From Lepidodermella squamata (taxonomy: Eukaryota > Animalia > Gastrotricha): a stretch of DNA of 64,000 nt. A program made the translations under genes and the position numbers. Where the stretch lies: contig JBLDXI010000003.1 in the NCBI GenBank assembly GCA_047495785.1, positions 1,612,001 to 1,676,000 on the forward strand, in the 5' to 3' direction. This document shows, piece after piece, positions 31,773 through 46,700 of this stretch (position 1 is its first letter; each line of letters starts with the position of its first letter). The notes under the pieces were generated by a model. The model was not told the DNA's origin. It searched no databases and worked only from the letters and a program-made list of their open reading frames with translations.

Positions 31773-34700
31773 AGCTTTATCGTTCGATGAACGTTTCTGC
31801 TCAAGGCGAGACACGCCGCCTTGATTGCCAGGTTATCGGCTGGCCGGTTCCCGATATCGTTTGGCTGAAAGATGAAGTAAGCTTAAAATTACACTAAATA
31901 ACATCAACAATCAAAATATTCAAATTGTGGGTGGAATCGCGATAATTTTTACCAGATTTTGTCTCGTTTTTCGTTTAATGATTTACTTATTTCTGCCTTG
32001 AATTTTTTTATTTTTTTTGAATTTTAGAATTTGTTTACCTACTTTGTTTTTTTTTGTTTTTTTGCTAGGTTGATATAACGCGCGACCCGCGTTACCGATA
32101 CACGTTCGACGGCGAGGCGGGTCTCGTTTCGCTGTTTATCGACAACATCCAGCCGAGCGACTCGGGCTGGTACACGTGTGTCGCCCTAAATGATCACGGC
32201 AGCGTTGTCGTTCGATCACTCCTTGTTGTCAGAGGTAAACGCAAATCATCAAACCCTACTTTTTTCATTTCTACTATTCAACTAAATAGCTATTTCAATT
32301 GTATGAATTAATGTTTACAACATATTAATTGAAATTGAAAAAATTCAAGTCGAAATATTTGTATCTTGAAAATTAAGGTACCACCTCTAAATTCCCAGAA
32401 CTCATGGCAATAACTTTTCCGATTCTTTGGAATTTTTACCTGATCTATACTGATATACCCTATTCCTGAGATGTTTCTTTAGCTGCTTGGGACATGGGAC
32501 CATCATCTCGGTAGAAATATCTTCAAACTATGACTTCCTAGACTTCTGTTATCAGAAAAATCACAGATCAGTGAAATCGATAATTGGAATCGATATCGGC
32601 TCTGTAGATCGTAGTATAACTCAGTTATTGATCGCTGTTAGAGTGTGATTCATCTCGGCTGGACGAGATTTCAGAAGGATTGAGATTCTAGAAAAGGCGT
32701 GGTATTCGAAAATTTATAATTTTTAGGAATTGGAAATTCTAGAGCTGGGGCCTCAAAACTAAGGTTTTTATGGAATTTTGATAGAGAATTTCCTCTTCAA
32801 AATTGAATGTTTTTTTTTAGGTTTTTACATGCTCGACGTTGTTCTTGATTGTTATCATTTTTCTAATTCTTTAGGGCCTGACGGTTCAGTTGGAAATTTC
32901 GGCGACCGCAGTGCTTTGGATGATGCACGAGTGATCGAGATTGCGAAACAGCGCCGCCGCCTCACCGCCAGTTTGTCCGCCAGTGGATCAGCAGACGCGA
33001 GCGGTCTGTCGGCGCCGCGATTCATCACCGCGAACCCGGCTCGCGGCCGCGGTGCCACGCGCTACGTCTCTGATCGCTTCGTTGCAGAGGTTGAAATTGC
33101 AGGTAAAATTATCGCAATAAATTAAAAATATAATAAAATTCAAGTCATTTTTAGGATAATTTATTTGAACAGTTATTTGGAGTATTTTTTAGAAAAATTC
33201 AAGTCAATTTAAATTTCAAAATTTTCAATTTTAAATCTTGAAATTGTGAGATATTTGCAAATTTTGGGAAAATTGCGAGATTTTTTACAATTTTTTATTT
33301 TTAACAATTTCGTTCGAAGAAAATGTTGCCGAACTTGTTTCTTATCTTCTTATATATATAGAAAAATCCCAGGAACATTTATACATGATTAATGGCTATT
33401 TTTGAAATTTTCCTACAATTTAGCCGTTGATTTTGTTAATTTTACGGAGCAACTTCTGAATCTATAGAAAAATGCAGGTTTTAATAAACCAGTTTACGGG
33501 ACATGTCTGTATTAAATGGAATTATATTTTACAACTATTCGACGATTCTTGTCATGATGTTTCTATTATGCGAATTATTTACGACTTACATGCCAAAACG
33601 CTTGTAGATGAAGACTAAACAACACGGTGTTTCGAAACACCGCGCTGCTACCTTGCTTACCCGGGCATTATCGATGATGATGGTAACGATGCCGGCTGTT
33701 ACCGACGTTTCGCCCGGCGATTAAACTGCGATTTTTAACCGCAGACGCAGCCTTGATTTATTATTATTATGAAAACAAAACGCACCCCGCCAGGGCTCCA
33801 CGCACTACTCTCGCATGGTAGAGGCTACTAAAACCACTACGACTACTGCGATGATGATTATTGTTGTAACATCACTCTACTCGCCACTGATGCCAGCGCC
33901 GAAATCGAGCTCGCAAACACGCCCGGTAGAGAGCGCGTTATCTCTCTACTCAGGCGCCTTCTCCTTATTCTCATCCACCTTAATAAACATTATTATTTTT
34001 CAACGCCCGCGTCTCTCACCCGCGCTCGTCGAGTGATGTTATTTGGCCCCGCAGTATTTTATTCTAATACAATAGCCAATCGAGTCGATGGGCGCCGGCT
34101 AAAAAGCACGCCGAACAAACATGGCGCGCAGCAGCAGCAACCTGAAGATAACGCTCCGAACAGCCGTGCACCCGCCTAATAACAAACCCTTTTATATTAC
34201 TTCCTATACTATCTATCTATGTGCGTGCGATGCTTGGCCTTGCCTGCCTTGTTTTCAGGCCACTAGTACTTGCTTTGCAATAATTTTTTTCTATTACCGC
34301 GCGCGGGGCTAGGTCAGATTCATCTTATTACTGCGCTGGCCGCTATTTCAGCTATTATTATTATTATTGAAAAACGAGGAGGGCTACTATCTCTCGAAAA
34401 TATTTTTGCCCCGGCGAAAAAACCTGGCTGATATTATTATTTTAAAACAATAGGCTTACGCAGATGGATGGAGCGCAGAATAAGAAAAACGCAGAACCGT
34501 GTCTTCGCTAGATTATCATTACCTTATTATTGCTACTAAAGAAAAAATCGACTTACCCCACTTGAAAACGATGATTTTTTTTCTTTTTTACTCGTCGTCA
34601 CTCATCGCTTTGAAACAATAGAATTCCGGCCCGTGTTGATTTTGCTATAATTATAATGATTAATTAATTCATTAAAGATCCTGGTAAAATAAGTATTTTT

Positions 34701-37700
34701 CGACGTCATGCAATCACGAAGTTTTACCGGAGATCTCAGCTATCTCGACGACGTTGCGTTAAACATCTCTTTCAGTAATTTTTTCTAACTTTATTTTCTG
34801 ATTTTTTTCGGGTTGATATTAATTTTAATTTTTTTTATTTTATTCAGGTAATCCTACGCCGTCGATAAGTTGGCTGAAAAATGGCACCAAGTTGTCAAGC
34901 GCCGATGGGAGCTACCGCTTCGAGTCGGACAACACGCGCCACTGGATGATCGTCGACTCGCTGTCGGCGAGCGACGGCGGCGCGTACACGGTCCGCATCG
35001 AGAACACGGCGGGCGTCGCCGAGCACGAGTTCCACCTCGACGTGAAACGGCGCGAGCGGCCGAAATTCAACGAAGACCAACAGACGAACACGTTTGAAGT
35101 CACAGAGGGCGATCATGTCCTCATCACTTTTCAGCTTTCAGGTAAAAATTCCACATGTCTCGCCAAATAGCTAATAATCAAAAATAACGCAACAAAAAGT
35201 GAGCAAGGACTTGGGAGACAAACGATGAAAAAAACATCAAGTGCGCATCGACAAAAGAGCAAAAAATTATTCCTTAGAGCTTTGAAGCTTGAAAAATCTC
35301 GTTTTATTGCGTTTTCATTGCTCATAAACCCAAGTGATATTTTAAATCATAATTAAAGGAATTTGTTTTTATTAGGTGTCTCTTTTTTGCTGCTCATTTT
35401 GCTTTAATTTATTGATTTTTCTCGGTTCGCAAATTTCTTTATCGAAGTTTATCGAAGTGTGAAAAAATTGAATTTTCAAATTTGACATTTCGTATTATTT
35501 CAGCAAAAAACTCATTTTATAAGTGCACACCTTGAAAATTTGGCTCCGGTACTGTATTTCCTTGGAATATGGCTTTTAGAGTTTCTAGTTCGTTTTTTAT
35601 ATCTTCATTTTTTATTAGTGCTTGCCCAGTAGATTTCTCTGGTGCCTACGCATTTTATGACCTATCTTCACTCAGTATAGGAATTACGTAGCAGAGCCGA
35701 TATCGATTTTTTGTATCGATTTTACTTATCAGTGATTTTTCCAATATCGGCTGTCTACGATTCACCTTTGAAAATCGTTTCTTCTCTCAGCTGAAGGTTG
35801 GCTTTACGGCAGGTTCCATAAAAAAATAATAAAAAATTAAATTATTTTCAAAAAATATAAAAATGAATAAAAAAGTAGCGAAACAAAATTATTAAGGTGG
35901 ATTTTTTATTTCATTTTTTTTATTTTAATATATTTTCAGGCCAACCGCCTCCTCAGACAAATTGGGTGAAAGACGGCAAGGTGTTTTCAGCATCTTCCCA
36001 GCGTGTTCGCCTCGAGTCGAACGAACAGCGGCAGGATGTTAGCTTCGAACTGGCGTACGCCGAGCGAACAGACGCCGGTCACTACGAAGTTATCGCCGAA
36101 AATTCCGAAGGCCGAGTGCAACGCAAATTCGAGCTAATCGTCAAAGGTAATAACGCTTACACCACCTGCTGCCATCATCCAGCTTTATTCGTACCGAAAC
36201 ATTTTTTCGCAAATTTCCATACCTTGAAAAAAAAACAAAAAATGCCCTTACTAACCTGTAACAAGATTCCGCAACACGATTTGCTAGCTTTATTAACTTG
36301 AAATTCAACCCTAAGCATGCGCATAAGAACATGATTCATTCCCGTGTCATCATTCCTACTCGTCCGTCCAGGCGTCGGCTCACAACAAACTACAGTTTTA
36401 ATGTCACTGGAAAAGGTACGTGTTAGTTGTAGCGCGTTTTTAGGACCCTTGATAATTTTAATTTTCAAAGCTAAAAAGAAAATTAATTTAGAAATTTAAT
36501 TAAGGCTGTTATTTAAACTACTTTCCAATTTTTATTTTCAACCCCTTTCAATTTTTCCTAAATAGTTTAGTTTTTATGTGGATTAAGGGTCCAAAAACGA
36601 GAGAGATATATATATTTTGTGGAAGAGACGTAGAACTAGTGGTTTTTTGCGGTTTTTTGAATGATAATTTAAAACATCGAAGGAGTTCAAACTGATTGCC
36701 GATGCGCAATTGATCGATGCGAAAACCGGCGAGCTTCAAAGCACGCCGACTCCGAAAGGCACTGTTTTCAGCGTTCGAGACGGCCAGTCGCCGCGAAATT
36801 GGCTCATTTCAGAAGTTCAATCGCCGGAAAGGGTAATTTTTTGCTGAAATTTCCGTTTTTTCTCTCATTTTTCTCTTTTTTTAGGAAACCCCTGGAAGTA
36901 TGCTTTTCGCGCCACCCGCCCTGCTGGTTCCGGTCGAAAAACCAGCTGAAGCCTCGGCTCAAAGGCGCTTATCATCAACAGAATCTTTCCGAAATGAAGT
37001 CATTAATTTCACAAATAGAAATACGGAAAATGACATGAAAAAACGGTAAAAATATTTTTATTAAGGAGGATTTTTCATAATTTCATCTTTCATCCTATTA
37101 TAGAAATCTCGTCGCCGAATTTTTCGAGACGGAAAAAGAATTTATCGATGAATTATCGAATTTGCCAATTGAAGCCGATCGGTTGATAGATATCCACCGG
37201 CAAATAATCGCCTGTATCGAGCAGAATTTGGGCCGGCAGAAGCTTGACCAGATGCTGGACGAATTTCTTGGCGATGTGTTTAAAACTGTTCTTGATAAAC
37301 TGCCAACCGTAGAAGAACGGCCCGAGTCGCCTGAACTGCAGCGCCGCCAGTTGCACCAGGTTCGAGCTCAGACGCCGCCGCTTAGGTCGGAATCAGCCTC
37401 GCCTAATCAGCATTTAATACCGGTTATTGTCAACCAAATGGAATATTACGTCAGAAGTCTTCAGGTGAGTACAAATAATATGAAAAAATCAGAAATTGAA
37501 AATTATTTTATTAAAATTTAAGAAATTAGAGATTAAATTAAATTTGAGGTGCGAACACTAAAATTTCGGTTTTTCCACGATTTTAGCTTATTTTTTGATG
37601 GACGGAGGATTTTTTTATTTTCGCTACATTTTGAAAAAAGTTCTTTGTTGCCTTTCAAGATTGCCGATATTGGAAAATCACTGATTTGTAAAATCGATAC

Positions 37701-40700
37701 TTGGAACCCATTTTAGCAAAAAGGGTGCTGGAACTATAAATTAAATAATGTTTAGCTTGGATTAATTTGACAAAATATTGACTCCAATTAATTACATATA
37801 TTTTTTAATATTTTTTCTAGGAGCTCTCATTGCTTGAGCCTGATCGGACTAAAGAGATTCTCGGAGTTATCGGCCGGATAATCCGGTTCGAAAAATCAAT
37901 CGCAGACCGGCCTTTTATGCGAACACTGGGCGTTGCTAACGACGCTCCGACCATGGCAACCGTTGAAGAATCGGGCGAATGTGTCCGCCGTGACTCTGTC
38001 GCCACGATCCGCGGCCCACAGGGCTGGAAAAGCGACGCAGCGGAGGTCGCCTTATTCGACGGGGCGATCCACATTGTCTCTAAGCAGAATTACTCCGTCG
38101 AAAAATCCATCCAAATCAGCGAATATCGAATTACGGAATTTTCCGAAAAAAGTCTCTTCGTGAATTTGCAACACCAAAGCGGCTTCAGGTGGATGTTCAC
38201 CTTCCCCGCAGCGACGTCGTATTTTTGCTTCCTGAAAGAGCTGAATGACAGCGGCTGCCCATTGGCGCTTCAATCGGCTCAATCCGCTGTTTCAATTTGG
38301 TCGGCCAGGTCATCGGAGGACATTTTCACGTCGGCGGATGAGTATCAAACAGCTCATGAGGAATCGGAGGAGGAAACTATTGCACCGCCTCCGGACGAAT
38401 TACGAGTTTCTGTGACGCCAGGTGAATTTTTGGGACATTCAAGAGGACGTCGTTATATATTACCCCAAATTTTATTTATTTATTACCTGGGGGATTTATG
38501 TAACAAAATATTTAATAAATTGCGTTTAATTGCAACGCTTCGTTATCTTCTAATTTTTCAGATCGCATCACACCTGGTTCGGACGGGAATTATTTTTCAC
38601 TGATAAAAAAATATTATTTCTGCTTGCCTGCAATTTTGCCGTGTTTTTGCATGCGAATGATTTTTTCATAGGCTGTAACTGCTTATAATTTAGACCCCGT
38701 GTTTATTTTTCAATATTTTTGAAAATTATTTAAAAATTTTTTAATTTTTTTTGCTAGAACCTGCCTTCAAGCCAACGTTCACATGTGACAGCAAACACGT
38801 TCAGTTAATCGAGAGCCAGTCGAGCCAGGTCGCGCTAAGTTTCGTCGGCCAACCGCGGCCTAAAATCGAATGGCTAACCGCGGACCGGCAACCGGTTGGC
38901 CAGGGCCTGGCAGCGGCTGAAGAAGGCAATTTGGCCATTCTGAAAATTTCAGAGGCTCGCCTTAACATGACAGGTAAAAAATTGAAATAATATTTTAGCT
39001 GGTAATTTAACAATTTAAAACTCTAATTTTGAAGATGAAATTTTAATTGCAGTGCTTTTGGGTATAAAACGTGTCCCAGTATAACAAAAAATAATCACGC
39101 TATATTTACGAGAGCTCACAATTTTGTTTTTAATGCTTTTACAAATTTTAGGAAATTCAATCAAATTTAGAAAATTCTAGGGGACATTTTAAATTTTAGA
39201 AATTTTTCAAAAATTTAAATTTTCAATTTCCTAAAATTTATTCACAATGCTTATAAAATCACTCATTATTTTTTTACATGATTTTTTGAAATTTCGATAA
39301 TATTGTGTTTTTTAGGAAAATACATTTGCCGAATTTCAAATGCGAGTGGTGCCAGCGAGTTGCCGGTTGAACTGACCGTTAAGCCCAACGCCGAGCTTCA
39401 CAGGCCGCGTTTTATCAAGCAATTGAGCGATACTTCAGTCAGCGAAGACGGCTCGCTATCGCTAACAACCGAATATTCATCCACCGAAAGCGTGACCAGT
39501 GTCGAGTGGCTGCTCAACGGCCAATCAATCACCAGTCAAACGGTGAAAACCGTCAAAATCACAACGACAGAACGCTCGTCGAATTTGTCCATCGAAAAGG
39601 TGGAGAAAAATTTCTCCGGCGCTGTTTCTTGTGTGGTTACGAACGAATTCGGCCAGGCGACTTCGACTTGCGGCGTCTCGGTCCGACCCTCGCAAGTTCC
39701 TCAGGTCAAAAAACAAGAATCGATATCGATTACAAGCAAGGTGATTTCAATTTTTGATTTTCGAATTTTTAATATCCAAAATATGTTTAATTAATTAGTT
39801 AATTAATAAATAAATTATTTTAGAATAATTTTATTAATTTCAATAATTTCAATTTTTTTGAATTTTTAAGGTTACCAAAGCCGAGATTCAAGAAAACGAA
39901 GATTTTGTGTGGACTTGCGAGGTCAAAGCCCCGGAACCGTTCCGCGTCACTTGGTCGAAAGTTGGCGAAGTTTGCGATCAAGAATCACTCAGCCGTGTCA
40001 GCCTCGAAACAGTTGGCTCCGATAAGGTGCTTTTCCACATCAAAAAGGTGCATATAACCGATGCTGGAACGTATCGCTGCACGCTGATCTATGAGTCGCA
40101 GACAACGTCTTGCGAGGTCACCCTCGGCGTATTGCCGGCTGATGAAATTCCGGAAATTGTCGATGGCCCAACGCTGGATCGCGTTACGCCCAATTCGGTT
40201 GGACTCAGCTGGCCGAAAGTTGTGGTCACAAACAAAACTATCACATACACCGTCGAACAGGTAAACATTTCAGAAAATTCTCCATTAAAAATTGAAAAAC
40301 GATGAAAAAATCCAATTGGGAAAAATTTTGAATTTTCAAAAAAAAATGAAAATTATTTTCGAATTTTTAGATTTAAAAAATTTAAAAAATTTAAAAAATA
40401 TGAAACATTTAAATTTGCATATTGAAAGCCTATAGGAAAATTCTCGAATTCGAGGAGGATCACAATATTTTTTACTTTCTATTTTAGACAATCACTGATT
40501 CCGGCGAATGGACTGTTTCAAAGACAAAAATCGTCGAATCTAGCTGCGAAATCAAAGACCTGTTGCCTAACCTCGAATATTGGTTCCGAGTTTTCGCCGA
40601 AGATGCTGAAGGCCATCGCGGCAAACCCTCGCCCGCAGTTGGTTTCTTCACCGGCGAAGAGGTCCAAATTCCCGAGAAGCCTCCCAGGATTAGGATGAAC

Positions 40701-43700
40701 CAAATCGCCGCGAGCCATTGGCTGTTGAGCTGGGAAGCGCCTAAAGCCACCGGCCAGGAAGACCTGACCTACCTAATCGAAGTCTACGATGCGAGCCATT
40801 CGACGTGGCGAAAATTGGCGAGCGGTGCTAAGAAGACGAAAATTGACATGAAACAGCTGAAATCAGACCAGGAGTACCGATTCCGAGTTCGGGCCGTTAA
40901 CTCGGCTGGAACCGGTGAGCCGAGTGATGAGGCGGTGAAACCAGTCGAACAGCCGATCGACGAACTGCCATCACCGGCTAAACTCATGCTGGTTGAGCTA
41001 TCGCCAACTTTGGTTTGGCTCATATGGCAACCGCCTCCGAATGGTAAAGTTCGGAATATTCAAATTTTGATAAAAATTCGAAATAACTCAAAATAATTCA
41101 GTTAATTGCTTTTTTAATCATAATTTATCAAAAAATATGTTATCAAAAATATTTCGAATATTACAAAAAATCAATTTTTTCAAAATTTTATAAAAAATGA
41201 AAATTCATATTTTCACGGTTTTTCTTGGTTAATTTTGATATGATTGCTAATTATAATAGCCGTTCTATTCAAAGGAGGTGAGTTGCTTCATAATTCCCAT
41301 TTTGTTTCTTAAAATAAAGCAAATCTTATAACCATGAATTTTCGTTGCAAAGCTGTAACAACGTTTTTATGTAACAAATCTACCTTAATATATCAGGCGT
41401 TGTTGAAATATGGGATTTTTTTATGAAGTAGGTCTCTAGGTGTTGTTTTTTGCTGTTAAGATGAGCATGTCTTTTTTCTTAGAGAGCCTCTCAAGGATTT
41501 CCTCGAGTATTCGGCTCGGTTTTAATAGTATTTTTTTACTGCTGGTATGAAACTATCGGACCGAGACTAAGACACGCTTCGCCTCATTTTCCGGTAGAAA
41601 AATAACACGGCGAGATTATTATATCAGTGACGCGAGTTATAATACCGGGTATCTACCTACCTACCTACCTGCATTCAGTAGCGGTGTTTGTCTCATTGGC
41701 GGGTGCGGCAAGAACGAGAGCCTCCGGTGTATTACATCTGGGCGTAACCTGATCATACCTGTTTACTTAGACTGCTATTATTATACATCACACTAAAAGG
41801 CCTGCGAAAACAGTATTATTTTTGGAACTAAGAATCAAGGCGTAAACTACAATTATTCCATGGTTGTATTAACCATTCTACAAATTATCATTTTCAATTA
41901 AACACAAATCACGTCTGAACGAAAATTTCCAATGTCCCACTTTTTCGATTTTTTCGTTTAGATGCTATTTTTTTATTTATTTTTCATATTTATTTTTATG
42001 AGTTTAAAAAATTCTTCCTAAAATACCCTGCATTATTCTTTTGTTTTTTTCAAAATTATGAAAATTAAATTAAATTTCAATTTTTCAAGTATTTTCCCCA
42101 TATTTTTTGCTAAATTTCAGAAATATCAATTTTTAATTAATGCAACTCGCAAATAATTTTTATGCAATTCACGCATGGCTGAATTGATAGTTCTAACGTA
42201 CCTTTAATTTATACCTCAATTTTTTTACCTGGTCATCAATTTTATTTTTAGCTTCAAATAAAAATCGGTTAATTTATTCGGCTATAATTATCACCTTTTT
42301 ATTTAATAATTTATTTTCTCGCTATGCGATATCGCCCGACTAATGCTGGTTATTACTCTATTCTCCGAAACAGCCGAGGGCCTAGTCTACGTGATCGAGG
42401 CGCTGGATGCCGTCACGGGTGAGTGGTGCCGCTTGGGCGAGCACGGTGTGACCGAGACGCGCATCGAGCTCAACAACCTACTCGAGGGCGAGGAGTACAA
42501 GTTCCGCGTCCGATCGCTCCAAACATCGACCCAACGCCTCAGCCCGCCCTCAAACGAAGTGTGCCGCCCTTCGAAGTGGTCCGGCGAACCGCTGGCCGGC
42601 GATCAAATCACTGACGAGACGACGTTGGAAGAGCTTCGGGATATTGCTAGCGGCGTTATTGAGGAGGAATTTGTGTCGCATGTCGAGAAGAAGCGCATTG
42701 AAATTGTTGAGACTGACGACTCTGTGAAGACAGTGACTGAGGAAGTTGTCACTGATACGAAGCAGATTATTCAGCAGCAAGATTTGACTGTGCTTCAGCC
42801 GGTGCCTGAAGAATCAGCGTCACCCGAGCCGCAACTGCCGGCGAGTCCGAAGAACGGGAAGATTGCCTATAAGCCGGATAACGTTGCTTGTCTCGAGTGG
42901 CAATCGGGCGAGGAGGACGGCAAAATTCCGGACGACGTCACTTTTGTGGTCGAGACTAAACTCAAGGCTGAGACTTGGAGCACTATCGTGCAGAATATTA
43001 AAGGTAATTTAATTATAATAGTTCATTTTGTTGGGTTTTGAGAAAATTCAATTTTGGAAAAAGAGGGTCTATGATGAGAGGATATGATAGGATTTTCAGT
43101 TTTTGAACTCGCATTTTTCGGACAAATTGGCAGAAGATATATCAATTTTTCCAAAATTACACCTTTCATTGGCCTCGATTTCTTCGAATAACTTTGAAGT
43201 TGGAGAAAACCCGGAAAAACCCGAAAATAACTGGTTTGATAACTGTTAGTAATTGACTGGAACTTGTTTCTTCGGAATTTGTTAACTCCGCGGACAAAAT
43301 CCAAAATCATGATTTGGAATGGGAATGTTTTAGAATTTTTCTAGAATTATTCCTTCGTTTGCCGGCTTTGAAATGCTAGACGTATTTTTGACTTGCTGAA
43401 ATTCCGGAATAATTTAGGGATCGAATAATTTAGGTAGCCTTCAAAAATTTGAATAAGTGAATGAAATTTTGTCATAAACTCGTAGATCGACTTGTCAAAA
43501 TTTCAGGAAATTTATTCTATCCAGTTTTTCAAACGGAATAGTCAGGTTTATTTAATTCATTTTATTCATAAAGATAAATTTATTTTTGGAAATTCTAACC
43601 AGGGAGTGATCAAGAGAAGCGAATTTACTTATCATTGTTGAGCCGTGTAGCATCGGAAAATAAATGCGCTTCTTTCGATCACAACCCTGAAAGGAATTTT

Positions 43701-46700
43701 CCGGGGTTTGGAGTAACCAAACAATAATCGATATTGAGGTTTTCCCTTTCGTAATTTACATTAATTACAACTCGAAAATTCAACTAAAATTGATAAAAAA
43801 TGTTCAGGTTTTTGAGTTACTTTTCGTGATAGTATTTTAAGAATTTGGTGTTTTTGGCTGCTTACCCAGTAATATTCATTTACATAATGATCGAAGCGAT
43901 CATCATCGCACTCGTTATTGCGAGCTTGTTTTTTGTTTATATTATCAAGGTGACTAGAGGTACGCGGGCGTTATACCGCTATAACGCGTAGTACTATAAC
44001 CTACTACAAATATTGTTTATCACGCCCCTGTGGAGTTAATGCGCCTGGTCAAGCGTAAAAACACGCGGTTAATTTTTTCTCTATTCTCCACAGCCACGAA
44101 CATTGATCTGAAAGGCCTGAAAATCGACCGCGATTACTTCTTCCGCATCCGCGCTAAAGGCGATAACGGCATGAGCGAGCCGTCGGAACCTGTTAAATGC
44201 CGGCTATCAGCCCCGGCCGCCGCGAAGCCAGCCGAACCGCCTAAAGTCACGCCGCAGCACGCTCAACTTCAATCGATCGACCCGAAATCGGTGAAATTGA
44301 CGTGGGAAACGCCGGACGAGGCGCAACCGCCCGCCGAGGAGGTGACTGGCTACGAAATCGAAGCGTGCGATAAATCGGAGAAGAACCCCATTTGGAAAAA
44401 GGTCGGCCAGGTGTCGGGCAGGGGCGTCACGTCGTACACGGTCGAGCAGCTCGAGGAGGCGCACGAGTACGAGTTCCGAGTCGCGGCTGTTAACGCGGTT
44501 GGCTCCGGAATTCCGACGCAGCCGATCATGCGAAAGGCGCAGGTCGGCCCGCAGAACGCGCCCAGCCACCTTAACCTCGAAAAGATCGACGCGAAAAAGG
44601 CGAAGCTGACCTGGGAGAAGGTCGACGAGGCCCAGGCGTATTCTGTTGAGCTTCGCGATAAGTCTGATAAGAAGGGCGAGTGGAAATTGGTGGCCGGCGA
44701 GGTTGCGGATCAGTTCGCGACTCTGGATGACTTGGAAGCGGCGAAGGAGTACGAAATTCGGGTCGTTCCTCTCAACGAGTTCGGCCGGGGTATTCCCAGC
44801 CAGCCGATCATCCGCCACGCGGCTCTCCCGCCCCAAAAACCGCCGACTGAGGTCCAATTGGACGAGATCGATGCGAAATCGGTGAAGATAACCTGGAAAC
44901 AGGTTGAAGAGGCGACGACGTACCGCGTTGAGCTGTGCGATAAATCGGCGAAGAAGCCCGAGTGGAAGAAGGTGGCTGAGGAAATTGCGGATTTGAGCGC
45001 GGTTGTTAAGGATTTGGAGCCGTCGCATGACTATGAACTGCGAGTTGCGGCTGTTTCTGAGTCCGGCGCCGGTGTGCCGAGCCAGCCGGTTATTCGCCAT
45101 GCTAGGAAGGCGCCGCAACAGGCGCCGTCTGAAATTGCGCTCGAGAACGTGAACCCGGAAACGGCGGTGGTTAAATGGTCACCGGTTAAGGAGGATGCTA
45201 GTATTACTGGATATGCGATCGAGTCGAAATCGCCTGCTGATAAAGAATGGCGACAGGTTAGATTTAATGAAACAATATTCATTTTTTTAGAAATTTTATT
45301 AAATTCGGAAATTTGATACTAGGTTATATTGACCGAAAATTTGAACTTGAGTTCAATTTCTTCACAGTTTTAAAAATTGGTGTGAGAATTTTGTTAAATC
45401 GTGCCCTCCTAAGAGACCTTCATAAAACTGTTTCTGAATATTTTTCTGAAATTGCGCTTATTTTCGCCAATTAATCATGAAATTTCCATTTCCTGGGCGA
45501 ATTAATAATTTTTAATCACCCAAAAAAATGAGACATTTACGATAGGTTATCTTTTCCAAATTCTTTAAAATTCTTTTGATTATTTCTAGTGCCATCCAGT
45601 GATCACCCAACTCATATTTTTTATTACAATTTGAGCGGGTTTTTTTTTATCAATTTCGAGGACAGCGTATTCCTAAAATTGCGCTACTATTTTTTATTTC
45701 GCAACTTTTTGTAGGAATTTCAAATATTTGAAAAAATGAAACCTAATAATAAATTTACTGGAAATAATAAATTTACTGGAGGAAACCCGGAAAACCCCGA
45801 TGGTAACTGGTTCGGTAATTTTCGGTATTTTACCCGTTTGGACCAAATTTCTGCGGATTTTTTTAATCCCAAACAAGTGACATACTGTATTACTATTCTC
45901 GTATTTTTATCATTTTCTAAAAATTTTCTGGCCATGAGATGTACGTCGTTTCTCATTTTAGAGTTTCTGAACCATTTTCCATGTATTTTCTCTCCTTGTG
46001 TTATTTATGGGACACTGTGTTATAGAACCAAATTTTCCAGTTTATCGCATCATTTGAAAAGCCACTCCCAAGTTGGCGTCAGAGCCACTAACAATGTGCC
46101 AACCATTAGGCTAATCAGGACAAGCTTTTCTTATAAGACTACTACCGTATGATGTATTTATAGCTACGAAGAAAGAAAGGCTGTTATTATGATATTCTCA
46201 TATTTTGCGTCAATTGTTCCACCGCAATACCTTACCGCCAGAATACGCGGATACGCTTATTAGGAAAAACCCTGTGTAAACATGCCATCATCCTTTTCCA
46301 GCCTAGCATATATAGTTAATCTCTTTGTTTTTGCAGTGTAAGGGTTAAGGTAGCCCAAGTTGTCTCTGTAGCTCTATGATTCTCTAGAAAAGTGTGTCTA
46401 TAGGACCTAAATATAGGACCAAATAATGGCGAAATTTTTGAATCACCCTCAAATTTTTCGCGGAATTTTATTAACATGGCAGCTAAACGACGCCCATTTT
46501 ACCAATTTTCCGGTATTTTAAAGGTAGAGCCTAATTAATTTTATTAATACAAAATTTTAAGCTGGATTTTTTATTATATATTTTTGCATTTTATTTAATT
46601 TCTTTTTCAATTTTTTTAGGTCGGTGAGGTTCAGTCGGGCGTGACTGACAAGTTCGAGGTCGCGAATTTGAAGGGCGACGCCGTGTACGAGTTCCGCGTC

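Noticed and set aside
44207-45118. Long antisense ORFs (303 aa here; also 47883-48578 and 62882-63529)
   Set aside because: Shadows of GC-rich, codon-biased FN3/Ig exons on the opposite strand, with no recognisable protein features.
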